This document shows, piece by piece, positions 55,091-64,000 of a stretch of DNA of 64,000 nucleotides. Both the position numbers and the translations under genes were made by a program. The DNA comes from a virus, in IMG/VR virus record IMGVR_UViG_3300014656_000002, positions 2,771 through 66,770 of that record, one strand, 5' to 3'. Each line of letters opens with the position of its first letter. The stretch's first letter is position 1. A model generated the notes under the pieces. It was not told where the DNA came from and made no database searches. It saw nothing but the letters and a program-made list of their open reading frames with translations.

Positions 55091-55447
55091 CTACCGCTCT
55101 ACGACTTCAAAGCACAGTTGTGGATACTTGAACCTGAATAGCTTGGCCTTCAGTTTAAACACGGCCGTCTGCGTTCCCCGTCCCCCTTTAACGTCTTCGA
55201 CCACCGTCCGCCACACAATCTCGCTGCGGTCCTGATACTCGAAGTCCGCCTCGTAGGTGATCGCCCTCTGGCGCTTTCCGCTGGCGTCGGTGAACGCGGG
55301 CTGCAACTCGTAGCGCGGGTGGACCTTGAGCATCCCGATCTCCCCCGCCGCTTCCAGCAGGCAAAGCTCCTGGTAGCGGGCTGCCTCAGCAAGACTATCG
55401 AAGGTGTAGCCGTCCACCTCTTTCTTGCGGTTGCCGTATTTACTCAC
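55091..55447 (-). CDS. DUF1064 PD-(D/E)XK nuclease
   Basis: SKYGN...DGYTFDSLAEA.RY...YEADF.Y...VVEDVKG. Confidence 0.9.
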   Translation of the reverse strand: MSKYGNRKKEVDGYTFDSLAEAARYQELCLLEAAGEIGMLKVHPRYELQPAFTDASGKRQRAITYEADFEYQDRSEIVWRTVVEDVKGGRGTQTAVFKLKAKLFRFKYPQLCFEVVER

Positions 55448-56172
55448 GCCGCCTCCGTCTCATACACCACATCCACGCGTACTCGGTACGACTTCACCCG
55501 CCCACGCGTCCGCGCCTGTCGCATCACCTTATCGACCAACGCGCCCGCTTCCTCCGGGTCCACCGTAGAATCATAGCTCTCATCCGCCAGTGATTCGCGC
55601 TTGCCCGGAAGTTCCAGCGTTTCCACGTACTGGCGCAGTCCCTTGGCAGACAGCCCATAGTCCACCGCCAGCTTAAGCGCGGCGCGAGGGTCTGAGGTCC
55701 GGCATGCCATGAGGTGGACCGCTAACGACAACTCAGGATTCCAGTCCTCCGGTGGCATCATGCCCAGCCGGGCGCGGCGACGGATCGTGCGTTTGCTGGT
55801 GTGCAACGTCTCTGCCAGCTTGCCCAGCACTGCGGCGCGGCCGTCTCGACTGCCCGCCCCGTAAAACATGCGCGCGCAAAGCATAGCCTGCGCTCGCGAC
55901 GCTTCTCGCCTGATATCCTCTGTGATCAACGTCCGCGTTAGCTGTTCCTCGAAGTTGTTGATCTTGAAGTCCAACAGGTGGGCGGGCAAAGCCACCGCGC
56001 CCTCCGGCTCCGGTGCATCGTCCACAAACTCCAGGAACGGTAACGTTGGCGCTGGCGGCGGGGTGGGGGGATCGACCGCGCCCACGTCCTCCGCGTCGCC
56101 TGCGCGGTTGGCGCGGCTGTACGCGCGGGCCAGCGTGGCGGCGCGGTCGGTGTAGGTGAGGGGGGCGATCAT
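55444..56172 (-). CDS. hypothetical DNA-binding protein
   Basis: LAETLHTSKRTIRRR HTH-like; coupled. Confidence 0.55.
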   Translation of the reverse strand: MIAPLTYTDRAATLARAYSRANRAGDAEDVGAVDPPTPPPAPTLPFLEFVDDAPEPEGAVALPAHLLDFKINNFEEQLTRTLITEDIRREASRAQAMLCARMFYGAGSRDGRAAVLGKLAETLHTSKRTIRRRARLGMMPPEDWNPELSLAVHLMACRTSDPRAALKLAVDYGLSAKGLRQYVETLELPGKRESLADESYDSTVDPEEAGALVDKVMRQARTRGRVKSYRVRVDVVYETEAA

Positions 56173-56963
56173 GCGGGCACCTCCACTGGCAGCGCAAGGT
56201 TGCCGGGGTACTGGTGCCACTGCCAGCGCGTGCCGTCCTCATTCACGAGGTAGGGCGCGACGCCCGACTTGAAGGCGGACCCTTGCTTGAAAAAGTAAGC
56301 GATGCCGTGTTGCAGGCAGTAGTCCCGCGTAGCACGCGCCCAGGCCATGTCGAAGGGGCGGCGGTTGGCTCCGCTTTCCGCGCCCACGATGATCTGTGAG
56401 ATGATGCCAGACCATTCGGGCAGCCACTCAATCGGGCCAAGAGCAGGCTCGTAACTCACGAAGGTCGGGTTGCCATTGGCTTGCGCAGCATCAAGAAACG
56501 GCACGCGCCACAACGCGCGTTCATTATCTTCTGCGCTAACACCAAACCATACATTCTGCGGTTTTAGCATGAACGACTCAACAAACCGCGCCATTCTTTG
56601 AGCGCGCTTGGTGAGCACCTGAAACGTGTGCTGTGGATTCTCGTACATCGTCACAAAGACGCGCTCAATAAACGACGCTGGCACGTCCTCGTGAAACAGG
56701 TCGCTCATGCTGTTCACAAATACCATCCGAGGCTTACGCCACTTGTAAGGCTGTTCGAGCGCCTTTTCGTCCAGCACAATCTTGCCCGTCCAGACTGTGC
56801 GCCCGTTGACCTTGTGCGTAGTGCCCGCGTATTTCTCCTGGCCCATCGCCTCCAACCGCGCCGCCATTCGCATGGCATAGCAGTTTTTGCAGCCGGGCGA
56901 AACGATCATGCAGCCCGCCAGTGGATTCCAAGTAGCGTCGGTCCAGCTAATGCTTGTCGCCAT
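56169..56963 (-). CDS. DUF5131 (gp37/gp68-like) protein
   Basis: ISWTDATWNP..GC..VSPGCKNCYA; FVNSMSDLFH; LTKR; SYEP; FFKQ. Confidence 0.92.
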   Translation of the reverse strand: MATSISWTDATWNPLAGCMIVSPGCKNCYAMRMAARLEAMGQEKYAGTTHKVNGRTVWTGKIVLDEKALEQPYKWRKPRMVFVNSMSDLFHEDVPASFIERVFVTMYENPQHTFQVLTKRAQRMARFVESFMLKPQNVWFGVSAEDNERALWRVPFLDAAQANGNPTFVSYEPALGPIEWLPEWSGIISQIIVGAESGANRRPFDMAWARATRDYCLQHGIAYFFKQGSAFKSGVAPYLVNEDGTRWQWHQYPGNLALPVEVPA

Positions 56964-57147
56964 CCTCACCCTCTCCCGCCGCGTTGACCTCGGCCAACGC
57001 CGCCTCTAGTTCTCTGCGAATGTACGCCCGATCCCGCATCATCTGTTCGGCTGTGTAATTGGTGAGCGCGTTGACCAGGACTTGCACGCTGCACATGGCC
57101 TGATACACGCGCCACTCGCTGGCGGTCAACTGCCTAACGTGCATCAC
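56947..57147 (-). CDS. hypothetical protein
   Basis: GGAGG RBS; coupled. Confidence 0.5.
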   Translation of the reverse strand: MMHVRQLTASEWRVYQAMCSVQVLVNALTNYTAEQMMRDRAYIRRELEAALAEVNAAGEGEDGDKH

Positions 57148-57433
57148 GCGCCTCCGAGTCTAAAAGCGCCTGCCTCAGCAAGCGCTCCAATTCGTCCACC
57201 ATGCAGACGTGCCCGTACCACACCCAATACCGCCAGCCCGGCCAACTGCGCGCGGTTGGCGCGTCCAGGGCGATCCAGCCCGCCCACTCGTGCCAGATGT
57301 TGCGCTCGTTCGTCACCGGGTCGAGCCACCAGCGCCAGCCGTCGTGCGTCACGGGCGGCATAAGGATCGGCTGGCGCGTGTCGGGGCCGCTGTCCAGCGT
57401 GGGCGTGATGTCGAAGAACATAGGCTCAGCCAT
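57134..57433 (-). CDS. Trp-rich hypothetical protein
   Basis: TGATG coupling. Confidence 0.5.
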   Translation of the reverse strand: MAEPMFFDITPTLDSGPDTRQPILMPPVTHDGWRWWLDPVTNERNIWHEWAGWIALDAPTARSWPGWRYWVWYGHVCMVDELERLLRQALLDSEARDAR

Positions 57434-58020
57434 CACGCTGTCTCCCCGAATAGCGGCACCTGAATGGGCAACACAACCGACCACTGTACGGCCATCGCCT
57501 GGGCCACGCCTTCCAGCGTCCGGCTGCGTTCCGCCCAGCGGTCAGGGCCGGGAGCCATGAAATGCACGCGCGGCTCGCGCCCCTCCACGATCTCGGCGGG
57601 CCGTAACAGTGGCAGGTTCTTTAGCCACAGACAGGTCGCCTTGGTTTCGCCGTGCCCGAACCACCACGGCTGTATCACCTGGTCGGGCTGGCGGTACGCG
57701 CTGGACATGATGCCCACGGGGTTCTCGATAGCGATGCGGGGGATCGGCGCGTTGATCAGCGCCATGAAGAAGGCGATAGCCTCTGCCTGCTCGGCCCGTT
57801 TGTCAGGCCACCAGCGCGCACCCGACCGGGCAAGGTGCGTACAGGGCGGATGACACACTGCCAGGTCCCAGCCAGCGCCCAGCACGTCCAACACGTCGCC
57901 CTGGATATGCTGGCCCGGCCTCTCGGTGGGCAGCAGGTCGCATGACCAGGCATCGTGTCCCAGCGCGGCGAACGCAGAGCGCACCACGCCGCTGAACTCA
58001 CAGGCTACCAGGACTTTCAT
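57433..58020 (-). CDS. short phage DNA cytosine methyltransferase
   Basis: VLVACEFSG, WSCDL, HPPCT, IENP, KATCLW, RSRT. Confidence 0.85.
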   Translation of the reverse strand: MKVLVACEFSGVVRSAFAALGHDAWSCDLLPTERPGQHIQGDVLDVLGAGWDLAVCHPPCTHLARSGARWWPDKRAEQAEAIAFFMALINAPIPRIAIENPVGIMSSAYRQPDQVIQPWWFGHGETKATCLWLKNLPLLRPAEIVEGREPRVHFMAPGPDRWAERSRTLEGVAQAMAVQWSVVLPIQVPLFGETA

Positions 58021-58262
58021 ACCGCCACCTCCCGCGTCGCCAGGGCCGCCACGTCGATCCCGGCGCGGGTGAACACCGCCAGCAGCGCGTGGGCCGTGGT
58101 GCCATCGATGCGCGCCAGCGTGCCATCCACGAGGCGCACCCAGACGTGCGTCCGGTAAGCCACCGGGTCGGGCAGGTACTCGAAGCGCGAGGCGAGATCG
58201 GCCACCATCTTGGCGGCGTCATCGTCCACCCAGCGCGAGTTGATTCCGTGTGTCATGGTCAT
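58017..58262 (-). CDS. hypothetical protein
   Basis: coupled ORF. Confidence 0.5.
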   Translation of the reverse strand: MTMTHGINSRWVDDDAAKMVADLASRFEYLPDPVAYRTHVWVRLVDGTLARIDGTTAHALLAVFTRAGIDVAALATREVAV

Positions 58263-58268
58263 CCCCTG

Positions 58269-59252
58269 TCACTCAATTGCCGCCCGCGCCGCGTAGGCAT
58301 GCAGGATGCCGCTGGGCAGGTTGGGCGTGCTCGGTTCATAACGATACGCGCTCTCGATGGCTTGGTTGGCTTCGTCCTCAGTCAGCCCGTCAGCCAGGGC
58401 GCGCGGTAGCAGGTCGCGCAAGGCGATCTCAATTGGAAAGCGGTTGTCGTTGTAGTGCCGGGCGCATACAAACAGGCGGTTGTTGCGGTCGCCCTGGGGC
58501 GCACCCTCTTTTAGATACGCCAGCACACTCTTGGGCAAGCGCCCGCGTAAGTCGGGCGGCAGGTCCGCCAGCAACACGTCCCGCCGCGCCCGGATGCCAG
58601 CCGTCTCAAAGCGGGCGAACGTTTCAACCGGATAGGCGGCCTCGCTATACGAAAGAACCTCGCACGTCGCGCCGCCGCGTTCCGGCTTGGTGTTCACGAA
58701 CCCTGGCAGGCGCATGATCCGCGATGGGTTGCAAACCTTCCGATCACTGTCCAGCGCCAGCGCCATGCCGCGCACCATCGCCCGCACGCTCTCCGCGTCC
58801 TGGTCGTTCGCCAGAAAGAATGGTTCATCAAACAGCCAGTAGGCATGCAACCCGCCGCCGCTATCGATCACCATTGACGGGCGCGGGTTGATCCCTTGCA
58901 ACTGTTCGGCGGCCTCAGTCTTCACCGCCGCGTTTCCGCCCAGGTCCAGGTCTGCCCAGATGCCCGGCACACAAGAAACCGTGTCATCCTTGGGGCGGGT
59001 GTTATGCCCGTCCACCTGGGCAGGCTTAAGGCCGTGCAACCCAACGCCGTAGTAGATGCCGAAGCCCTCAGCGTTGCGTGCCTCGAAGCGGATATAGTCC
59101 TCCGCATCGGGCAGGTTGTCAGGCAGGCTAAAGTAGGTCGTGCGAATGTGGGGGCCTTGCAGGGGGGGCAACTCACGGGGCCGGATGCCAGTGATCTCAA
59201 GGTAGCCAATGCCGCCCCGGAACCACCAAGCCAGGAACTCGCTCGCGTTCAT
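58269..59252 (-). CDS. RepB-like AEP primase with PriCT-like domain
   Basis: WADLD, SGGGLHAYW, RIMRLPG..NTK, GDRNNRLF. Confidence 0.88.
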   Translation of the reverse strand: MNASEFLAWWFRGGIGYLEITGIRPRELPPLQGPHIRTTYFSLPDNLPDAEDYIRFEARNAEGFGIYYGVGLHGLKPAQVDGHNTRPKDDTVSCVPGIWADLDLGGNAAVKTEAAEQLQGINPRPSMVIDSGGGLHAYWLFDEPFFLANDQDAESVRAMVRGMALALDSDRKVCNPSRIMRLPGFVNTKPERGGATCEVLSYSEAAYPVETFARFETAGIRARRDVLLADLPPDLRGRLPKSVLAYLKEGAPQGDRNNRLFVCARHYNDNRFPIEIALRDLLPRALADGLTEDEANQAIESAYRYEPSTPNLPSGILHAYAARAAIE

Positions 59253-60685
59253 ACGTCAGTCACCCCTTTCAGGCTCTTGTCCACCTCGCCCATGATCAGC
59301 CCGCTCGTGCGGTTGACCTTGACAGTCGTCTCGTCAGCCGCCTCAAAGCGACTGAAGAACAGCGTGAGTTTCATCAGGGCGTCCGGCTTATTACTGGCTC
59401 TGGCCTCGTTGTAGCTTTCGATGTCGTTGCTCACCGTCAGGAACACGTCCGCGCTGCTGGGCAAGTCGCCGCCGCCTTTGATGCCAGCGCCTAGCGTAAA
59501 GTCGCCGTCGGCCTCGTTATTCCGGGCCTCATTCAATTGCACCAGCCCCAACAGACTCACGGGTAATTCCTGGGTGATGTCCTGCGATACCAGCGCCACC
59601 TCGCGCATCACGTCAAATAACTTGCCCTCGCTCGTGAACCGCTGGGCATAGTCATAGCTGGCGTGTTGCACGCCCTGACGTGTATCCAGACGCAAGTACC
59701 GCCGCACGTCCTGAATGGTGTGGACGCCGCCGTGGTTTGGCTCCGCCGTGTAAATACGGAACAGCCCTTTGGCCTTCCACTCGCCCAGTACCTTGCGGGC
59801 CTTCTCTACCGCGTCCACCTGGAGCGGGTTCAGTCGCCTTTTCCAGTCGTTGCCCAGCCGCCGGAACAACCGCCCCGACAGGTTGGCGAGTTCAGGCTTG
59901 TTGGTTGCCAGGATGTACTTGGTTGCCAACAGCGCCACCATGTCCAGCGCGTAGGGCGTATACGTGCCCTCTAGCGCAAAGTGATCGCACTTCACCCCGG
60001 CTAGCAACAGCGCCAGCGTGATGTGCCGCTGGGTCCTGGTCTTGCCGCCCTTGTACCGTCCACCTAGCAGCCAGTTTTCATGCAGGAGGATGCCGCCCGT
60101 CACCGCGTCCAGCCATGCGATCCCGGTGGACATGCCGATCTCCGGCGGGTTATTGAACACGGCATCCACCGCGCCCACCATGTCGTGATCGATCTCCTGC
60201 CCATATTCCAGCGTGGCGTTGCTCAGCACGCGCTCATCTACCACCGCCAGCGTTTCGCCACCGTCCAGACTGGCCGCCGCGTCGCGCAGTTGCCGCGCCC
60301 GGTCGGCAGCCCGCGCCGCCTCGATCACCGCCTGGGCGGTTTCCCCGGCAAGCTCGATCTCGCGTGGGAAGCCGCCATTGGCTAGGCACTCGTGCAGGAA
60401 GTCGCCCGTCACGGCCTCGCCACAGTAGGGCAGCAACTCGCTCACGGCCAGCGCCCCGTCCGGTAGATCGCCCGCCGTCAGGCGCTTCTCGACCGCCGTC
60501 CAGCCCGCCTTGAGTTGCGGCGTGGGCAAATGGGCGGGCGTCACCCGCGCCACCCAGTCATTCAAGCCCAGCAGCGCCGGGCGCGCAATCACCGCGCCTA
60601 GCAACCGCCCGGCTAGCTCTCTATGCATAGATGCCAAGGATCGCGAGGCTGTCCCGTTCGCGCTGGGCATAGACTTCCCTTTCAT
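59249..60685 (-). CDS. DnaB-like (SF4) replicative helicase, divergent
   Basis: TGIAWLD..TGG, GRYKGGKT, ALE, YDYAQ, VQLN, GGGDL...AD. Confidence 0.8.
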   Translation of the reverse strand: MKGKSMPSANGTASRSLASMHRELAGRLLGAVIARPALLGLNDWVARVTPAHLPTPQLKAGWTAVEKRLTAGDLPDGALAVSELLPYCGEAVTGDFLHECLANGGFPREIELAGETAQAVIEAARAADRARQLRDAAASLDGGETLAVVDERVLSNATLEYGQEIDHDMVGAVDAVFNNPPEIGMSTGIAWLDAVTGGILLHENWLLGGRYKGGKTRTQRHITLALLLAGVKCDHFALEGTYTPYALDMVALLATKYILATNKPELANLSGRLFRRLGNDWKRRLNPLQVDAVEKARKVLGEWKAKGLFRIYTAEPNHGGVHTIQDVRRYLRLDTRQGVQHASYDYAQRFTSEGKLFDVMREVALVSQDITQELPVSLLGLVQLNEARNNEADGDFTLGAGIKGGGDLPSSADVFLTVSNDIESYNEARASNKPDALMKLTLFFSRFEAADETTVKVNRTSGLIMGEVDKSLKGVTDV

Positions 60686-61616
60686 GTGCGCTAATCTCGG
60701 CCAGTAGTTTCTGGTGGGTTGTCAGTGGGGCAGGGGGATCATTGGAAGGGCGTGGGTTGGCCGCCAGCCATTCAGGTGCATACTTAGCCAGGGCCATCGG
60801 AGTAAACCCATTCCAGCCCTGTGCTTTGGACCGCTTCTTTACATAGGCATAAATCGCCGGGATGTCATCGGGGAAGAACGCGGCCTCTACCAACTCCTTA
60901 GCCGCCCCAAAGCAGACATCGCGCGCTTTCTTGGTGAGGTGCTTCTCATCATACCCGTGTGCATCCATAATGGCCTTTGCCATTAGATACGTTGGGGTAG
61001 GCGTTTTTTCAGGGCTGTTTGGTAATACTTGCTTTCCTGTTGCTTTCCCGTTGCTTTCTATGGGTACGACTGCGCTACCACTACTGGTAGGACTGTCGTA
61101 CTCTTCCTGGTACGACAGTCGTACTTCTTCAGGGGGTACGACAACCGTACTATCATCTGGCTTGCGGCGCTTGTCCGCGCTGGCCTTAGCTGCCTTCGCT
61201 ATCCGCTCCGCGCCCTTCTCCGCTGCCGCCGCCTGCCGGGTAGCCAAGCCGTCGAAATCAATCTTTGTGTCGTCGGTTTCTAGCTTCCACACACGTCCGT
61301 TCTTAGTAGACCGTCCACGCCTCATAATGCGGAATTTCACCAAGACACCTAGCGCGGCGGAAATCTTAGGGCGCGAAAGCCCGCAGCCATGGGCTAACAG
61401 GATCAACTCACCAGTTTCTTGATCGGCAATGGAAACCCCGGCCTCAAATGTAGATAGACTGATGGTTGCAGATGTGCTATCGCGGCCCTTTTCAAACCCC
61501 AGGATGCGGCGCACCGCGTAGGAAAGCACTTTCCATTCATCTGAGGTAAGTAGCCACTCCAACTCGTCATAGTAGAAGTTTGGCGTTGGTGTGCTGTTCG
61601 GTACAATCTTGCTCAT
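60621..61616 (-). CDS. replication initiator (lambda O-like)
   Basis: TPTPNFYYDE...LTSDEWKVL....RRILGF; internal iterons. Confidence 0.8.
   Translation of the reverse strand: MSKIVPNSTPTPNFYYDELEWLLTSDEWKVLSYAVRRILGFEKGRDSTSATISLSTFEAGVSIADQETGELILLAHGCGLSRPKISAALGVLVKFRIMRRGRSTKNGRVWKLETDDTKIDFDGLATRQAAAAEKGAERIAKAAKASADKRRKPDDSTVVVPPEEVRLSYQEEYDSPTSSGSAVVPIESNGKATGKQVLPNSPEKTPTPTYLMAKAIMDAHGYDEKHLTKKARDVCFGAAKELVEAAFFPDDIPAIYAYVKKRSKAQGWNGFTPMALAKYAPEWLAANPRPSNDPPAPLTTHQKLLAEISAHEREVYAQRERDSLAILGIYA
61029..61151. repeat. replication origin: four iterons plus three 11-bp-period AT-rich repeats
   Basis: GGTACGAC-type repeats at 61063, 61086, 61109, 61135; TTGCTTTC at 61029, 61040, 61051. 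Confidence 0.75.
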
Positions 61617-61656
61617 TGCCGGGCCTCTCTGTCGGTCTATTGCCTGCTGGCGTAGG

Positions 61657-62454
61657 CTAAAACTGTGGTGTTTGTCCGTACTCAAAGCGCGCCCCTCGTG
61701 CCTTGTTATAGGCATCGACAAGCCGCCAGTGTCTGCTATCATTCTCGCCACGCTTGCTGTTTAGCTTGCGTGTATACAGAACCCCCTCCCCGGTCATTGC
61801 CCACACAAGACCAGGGCATGCAATACCATAGAGCCACTCCGGATGTGCCATGCCAGTTTCTTGTCTGAAGCGCTCGCACTCAAATGCAACGAAGCGCATA
61901 AAGCCCCCTGGGGTGGTCCGCAAAAACTCATCGGTAAACCACTCAGGCTCTTTTTGGACCTCGTGCATTATGGCAATCTCTAATTCTTCCAGCCGGTCGA
62001 ATAAAGGCTCATCGACCACAAGGAATGGGTGGCGCATCATGCTACTAGGCAAGGGCGCTACATCCACGCACAAATTGTGGGGAAGGAAAGCCAATATAGA
62101 GTAGGGGGGCGGTTCTTTGATTGTCTGGTAGCCGTAGAAGGATGGAAGTTCGCCGGGTTGCCCGCTAATGATAAGCGCGGGGTGGTGTGTGTGCGTAACA
62201 AGCTGGTGGGCTTTTTGCTTTTCACCTGGGCTTGGCTCAGGCCCTTTGATCTCAATCCATAGTTGGAGAGACGGTAGCCAGAAGTCTGGCAGGTAAAACG
62301 CCCCGTCGCCAAAGTCGAAGCCCTCAGTCTCGTATTCGTATCTCAGGCCAAGCGCCTTGAAGAATACGGCCCATCTGGCTTCTGTGCGGCTTCTGAAGCG
62401 GTAGCCATCGTACAGCGTTTCGATAGCCTTGTACTGCGGGGAATCGTTGCTCAT
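61657..62454 (-). CDS. PD-(D/E)XK-family phage nuclease
   Basis: KAIETLYDGYRFRSRTEARWAVFF...YLPDFWL...IEIK. Confidence 0.85.
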   Translation of the reverse strand: MSNDSPQYKAIETLYDGYRFRSRTEARWAVFFKALGLRYEYETEGFDFGDGAFYLPDFWLPSLQLWIEIKGPEPSPGEKQKAHQLVTHTHHPALIISGQPGELPSFYGYQTIKEPPPYSILAFLPHNLCVDVAPLPSSMMRHPFLVVDEPLFDRLEELEIAIMHEVQKEPEWFTDEFLRTTPGGFMRFVAFECERFRQETGMAHPEWLYGIACPGLVWAMTGEGVLYTRKLNSKRGENDSRHWRLVDAYNKARGARFEYGQTPQF

Positions 62455-62455
62455 G

Positions 62456-62702
62456 TCCCTGGTGTCCGTTCTGGCGGAAATGCAAGCCGCCTATGGGTGG
62501 ACACCAGGGAAGGTGGCCCATAGGCGGCGGCGTGGTTGTGCCTAAATTCTACACGGCTTTGGCTTGTTTGCCAAGAGCCTATTTTCCCTGGTGTCCAACT
62601 CTGCTATAAGTTCTCCACCTGCGCCTAGCAACCACGCCGCGCAGATGGTGGTCCAACAGCAGCGCGTCCCCGTCGGGCCACGCTACCCTCTCAGTATAGC
62701 AT
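62456..62702 (-). promoter_or_regulatory. structured leader with mutually exclusive pairings over the RBS
   Basis: 62498-62511 is complementary to both 62584-62597 and 62456-62467; TG-C-TATACT at 62701-62693. Confidence 0.7.
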
Positions 62703-62732
62703 AGAACGGGCGTCCTGTGTGTTACAGTTTTG

Positions 62733-63230
62733 TTATACTTCGGCGGTAGGCACGGTTGGCGAGTCGCTTGCCACGGCATCGGCCAGCGTGTATGCGGTGC
62801 CAAAGCGGTCGTTGTACCAGTCCAGCAATTCGGCCCACACAACGCCCACACCCTCAGCAACGAAGCGCCAGAACAGATCGTCGCCGCCCGTGCTGGTGCC
62901 GTCATAGTAGCAGTGCCCGTCTTGCACGTAGGGGCAGTCGTCAGCGATTTCAAGCTGATCCTCATACAGGGGCTTGGGGCTGTGATAGCCCACGTCAACG
63001 CCCATCGGTGCCCAGACGTGCCCGGCGTGGGCATCCCCATCACGCATCCGGGCGTAAAACTCCTCGTGGACATTCTGAAGCATCCAGCCGGAGAACAGAA
63101 GGAATTGGGTTGCGCCCTCGTCTCCCATGAGCACAAACCGCACGCTTACCCCGTGGATGCCGTAATTCTTGGCGGGGTCTGCGTGGCGCTTGTCGTAGGC
63201 CGGTTCAAACTCGATGATCTTCTTAAGCAT
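62733..63230 (-). CDS. conserved-looking phage hypothetical protein
   Basis: AYDKR...NYGIHG; DVGYHSPKP; CPY...CYYDG. Confidence 0.7.
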   Translation of the reverse strand: MLKKIIEFEPAYDKRHADPAKNYGIHGVSVRFVLMGDEGATQFLLFSGWMLQNVHEEFYARMRDGDAHAGHVWAPMGVDVGYHSPKPLYEDQLEIADDCPYVQDGHCYYDGTSTGGDDLFWRFVAEGVGVVWAELLDWYNDRFGTAYTLADAVASDSPTVPTAEV

Positions 63231-63334
63231 CGCTTTCTCTCCCTGACTTGTCGTGATAGTAATTGATAGGTATTGGGCGCGCAAGCCCCCCCCCTCACGC
63301 CCTCCCCGCGAACAGCGGCCCCAGGTCGGGGGCG

Positions 63335-63583
63335 TCACAGCGGCAGCGCCATCTGGCGCATGGCCTCCAGCGGCCCCGCCGGTTGCAGCCAGTCGTCACG
63401 GAACGAGTACCCGGCGGACAGCTCGTGCATGCGATACCAGAACCCGCCGCCCTTGGGCTGGCTGGGGTTGTGTTCCACGACGCGCACGGTGTACACACGC
63501 GTAGGGTCGGGGGCTATGTGGTGGCGGCTGTCGTCAACGATGTGCACGCGGTCGCCTACGTGGAAGCGCTGGCACGCGCTCAC
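63335..63583 (-). CDS. small SH3/KOW-like protein
   Basis: FHVGDRVHIV. Confidence 0.55.
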   Translation of the reverse strand: MSACQRFHVGDRVHIVDDSRHHIAPDPTRVYTVRVVEHNPSQPKGGGFWYRMHELSAGYSFRDDWLQPAGPLEAMRQMALPL

Positions 63584-63789
63584 GCCTCACGCTCCCCCGC
63601 GTCCAGCCGCTCGAAGAAGTCCGGCGGCAGGCCGTAGAGATCGGGGCGCTCGTCAGCTTGCGGCGGGGTGGGGCGCTCGGAGCGCCAGCCGGGCGGTTGC
63701 ACGTAGCGGGCCGGACGCACGCGGCGGGCCAGCGCCAGCAGGGACAGCAGCCACGCGGGCGCGCAGCCGTTCGGGTCGGTGGATTTCAT
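63580..63789 (-). CDS. hypothetical protein
   Basis: coupled ORF. Confidence 0.4.
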   Translation of the reverse strand: MKSTDPNGCAPAWLLSLLALARRVRPARYVQPPGWRSERPTPPQADERPDLYGLPPDFFERLDAGEREA

Positions 63790-64000
63790 AACCTTGGCTC
63801 CCTGGCGGACGACGCGAGATCATCCGCCAACCACGCCAGCAGAACACCCGCCCCCAAAAACGCCAGCGCGGCGCGATCTATTTGGCCTGAGAGAAGCGAT
63901 GACACACCGAGATATAGAAAACCGAGCATAAACACAATTACGATGCACACGGGGTCCTCCTAGAAGGGGATTCCTGGCTCAAGGTCGGACGCGTGAATGC

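Noticed and set aside
56169-58020. DNA hypermodification system around DUF5131 and the cytosine methylase
   Set aside because: Both are common stand-alone phage genes; no partner or base-synthesis enzymes recognised.
1-64000. Integrase, reverse transcriptase/DGR, or terminal repeats
   Set aside because: No recombinase or RT motifs seen. The resemblance between the two window ends is only RBS-plus-stop context, so lifestyle and genome ends remain undetermined.

Overview
The window is most of a GC-rich tailed (siphovirus-like) phage genome. 1-5.3 kb: small minus-strand genes, two NUMOD4-HNH endonucleases and about 2 kb of strongly structured non-coding DNA. 5.4-12.5 kb: a plus-strand early operon of small hypothetical genes with an XRE regulator. 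12.5-48.8 kb: a minus-strand late operon with LamG and beta-helix proteins, DNA methylase, terminase, portal, Mu-gpF-like head protein, protease/scaffold, capsid, neck, a glycosyltransferase/methyltransferase cluster, tail, LysM tape measure and an atypical lysis module. 49-64 kb: a minus-strand replication module with initiator and iterons, SF4 helicase, primase, SSB, methylase and nucleases. I saw no integrase, tRNA or CRISPR array. Main discovery: the gpF gene carries a 323-aa intein (39732-40700) with no in-frame endonuclease. Instead, an HTH plus Vsr/DUF559-like endonuclease gene (39795-40661) is nested wholly on the opposite strand. Its consensus promoter (TTGACA-18-TATAAT), GGAGG RBS and ATG are written into the codons of the intein's C-terminal splicing motifs. 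Also notable: a shared convergent-promoter/RBS-hairpin control cassette on the HNH genes, a C4/CI-like RNA switch at 62.5 kb, candidate large ncRNAs, and possible virion glycosylation. All calls come from reading motifs by eye; no database searches or folding programs were run. A Chloroflexota-like or other monoderm host is only a weak inference.
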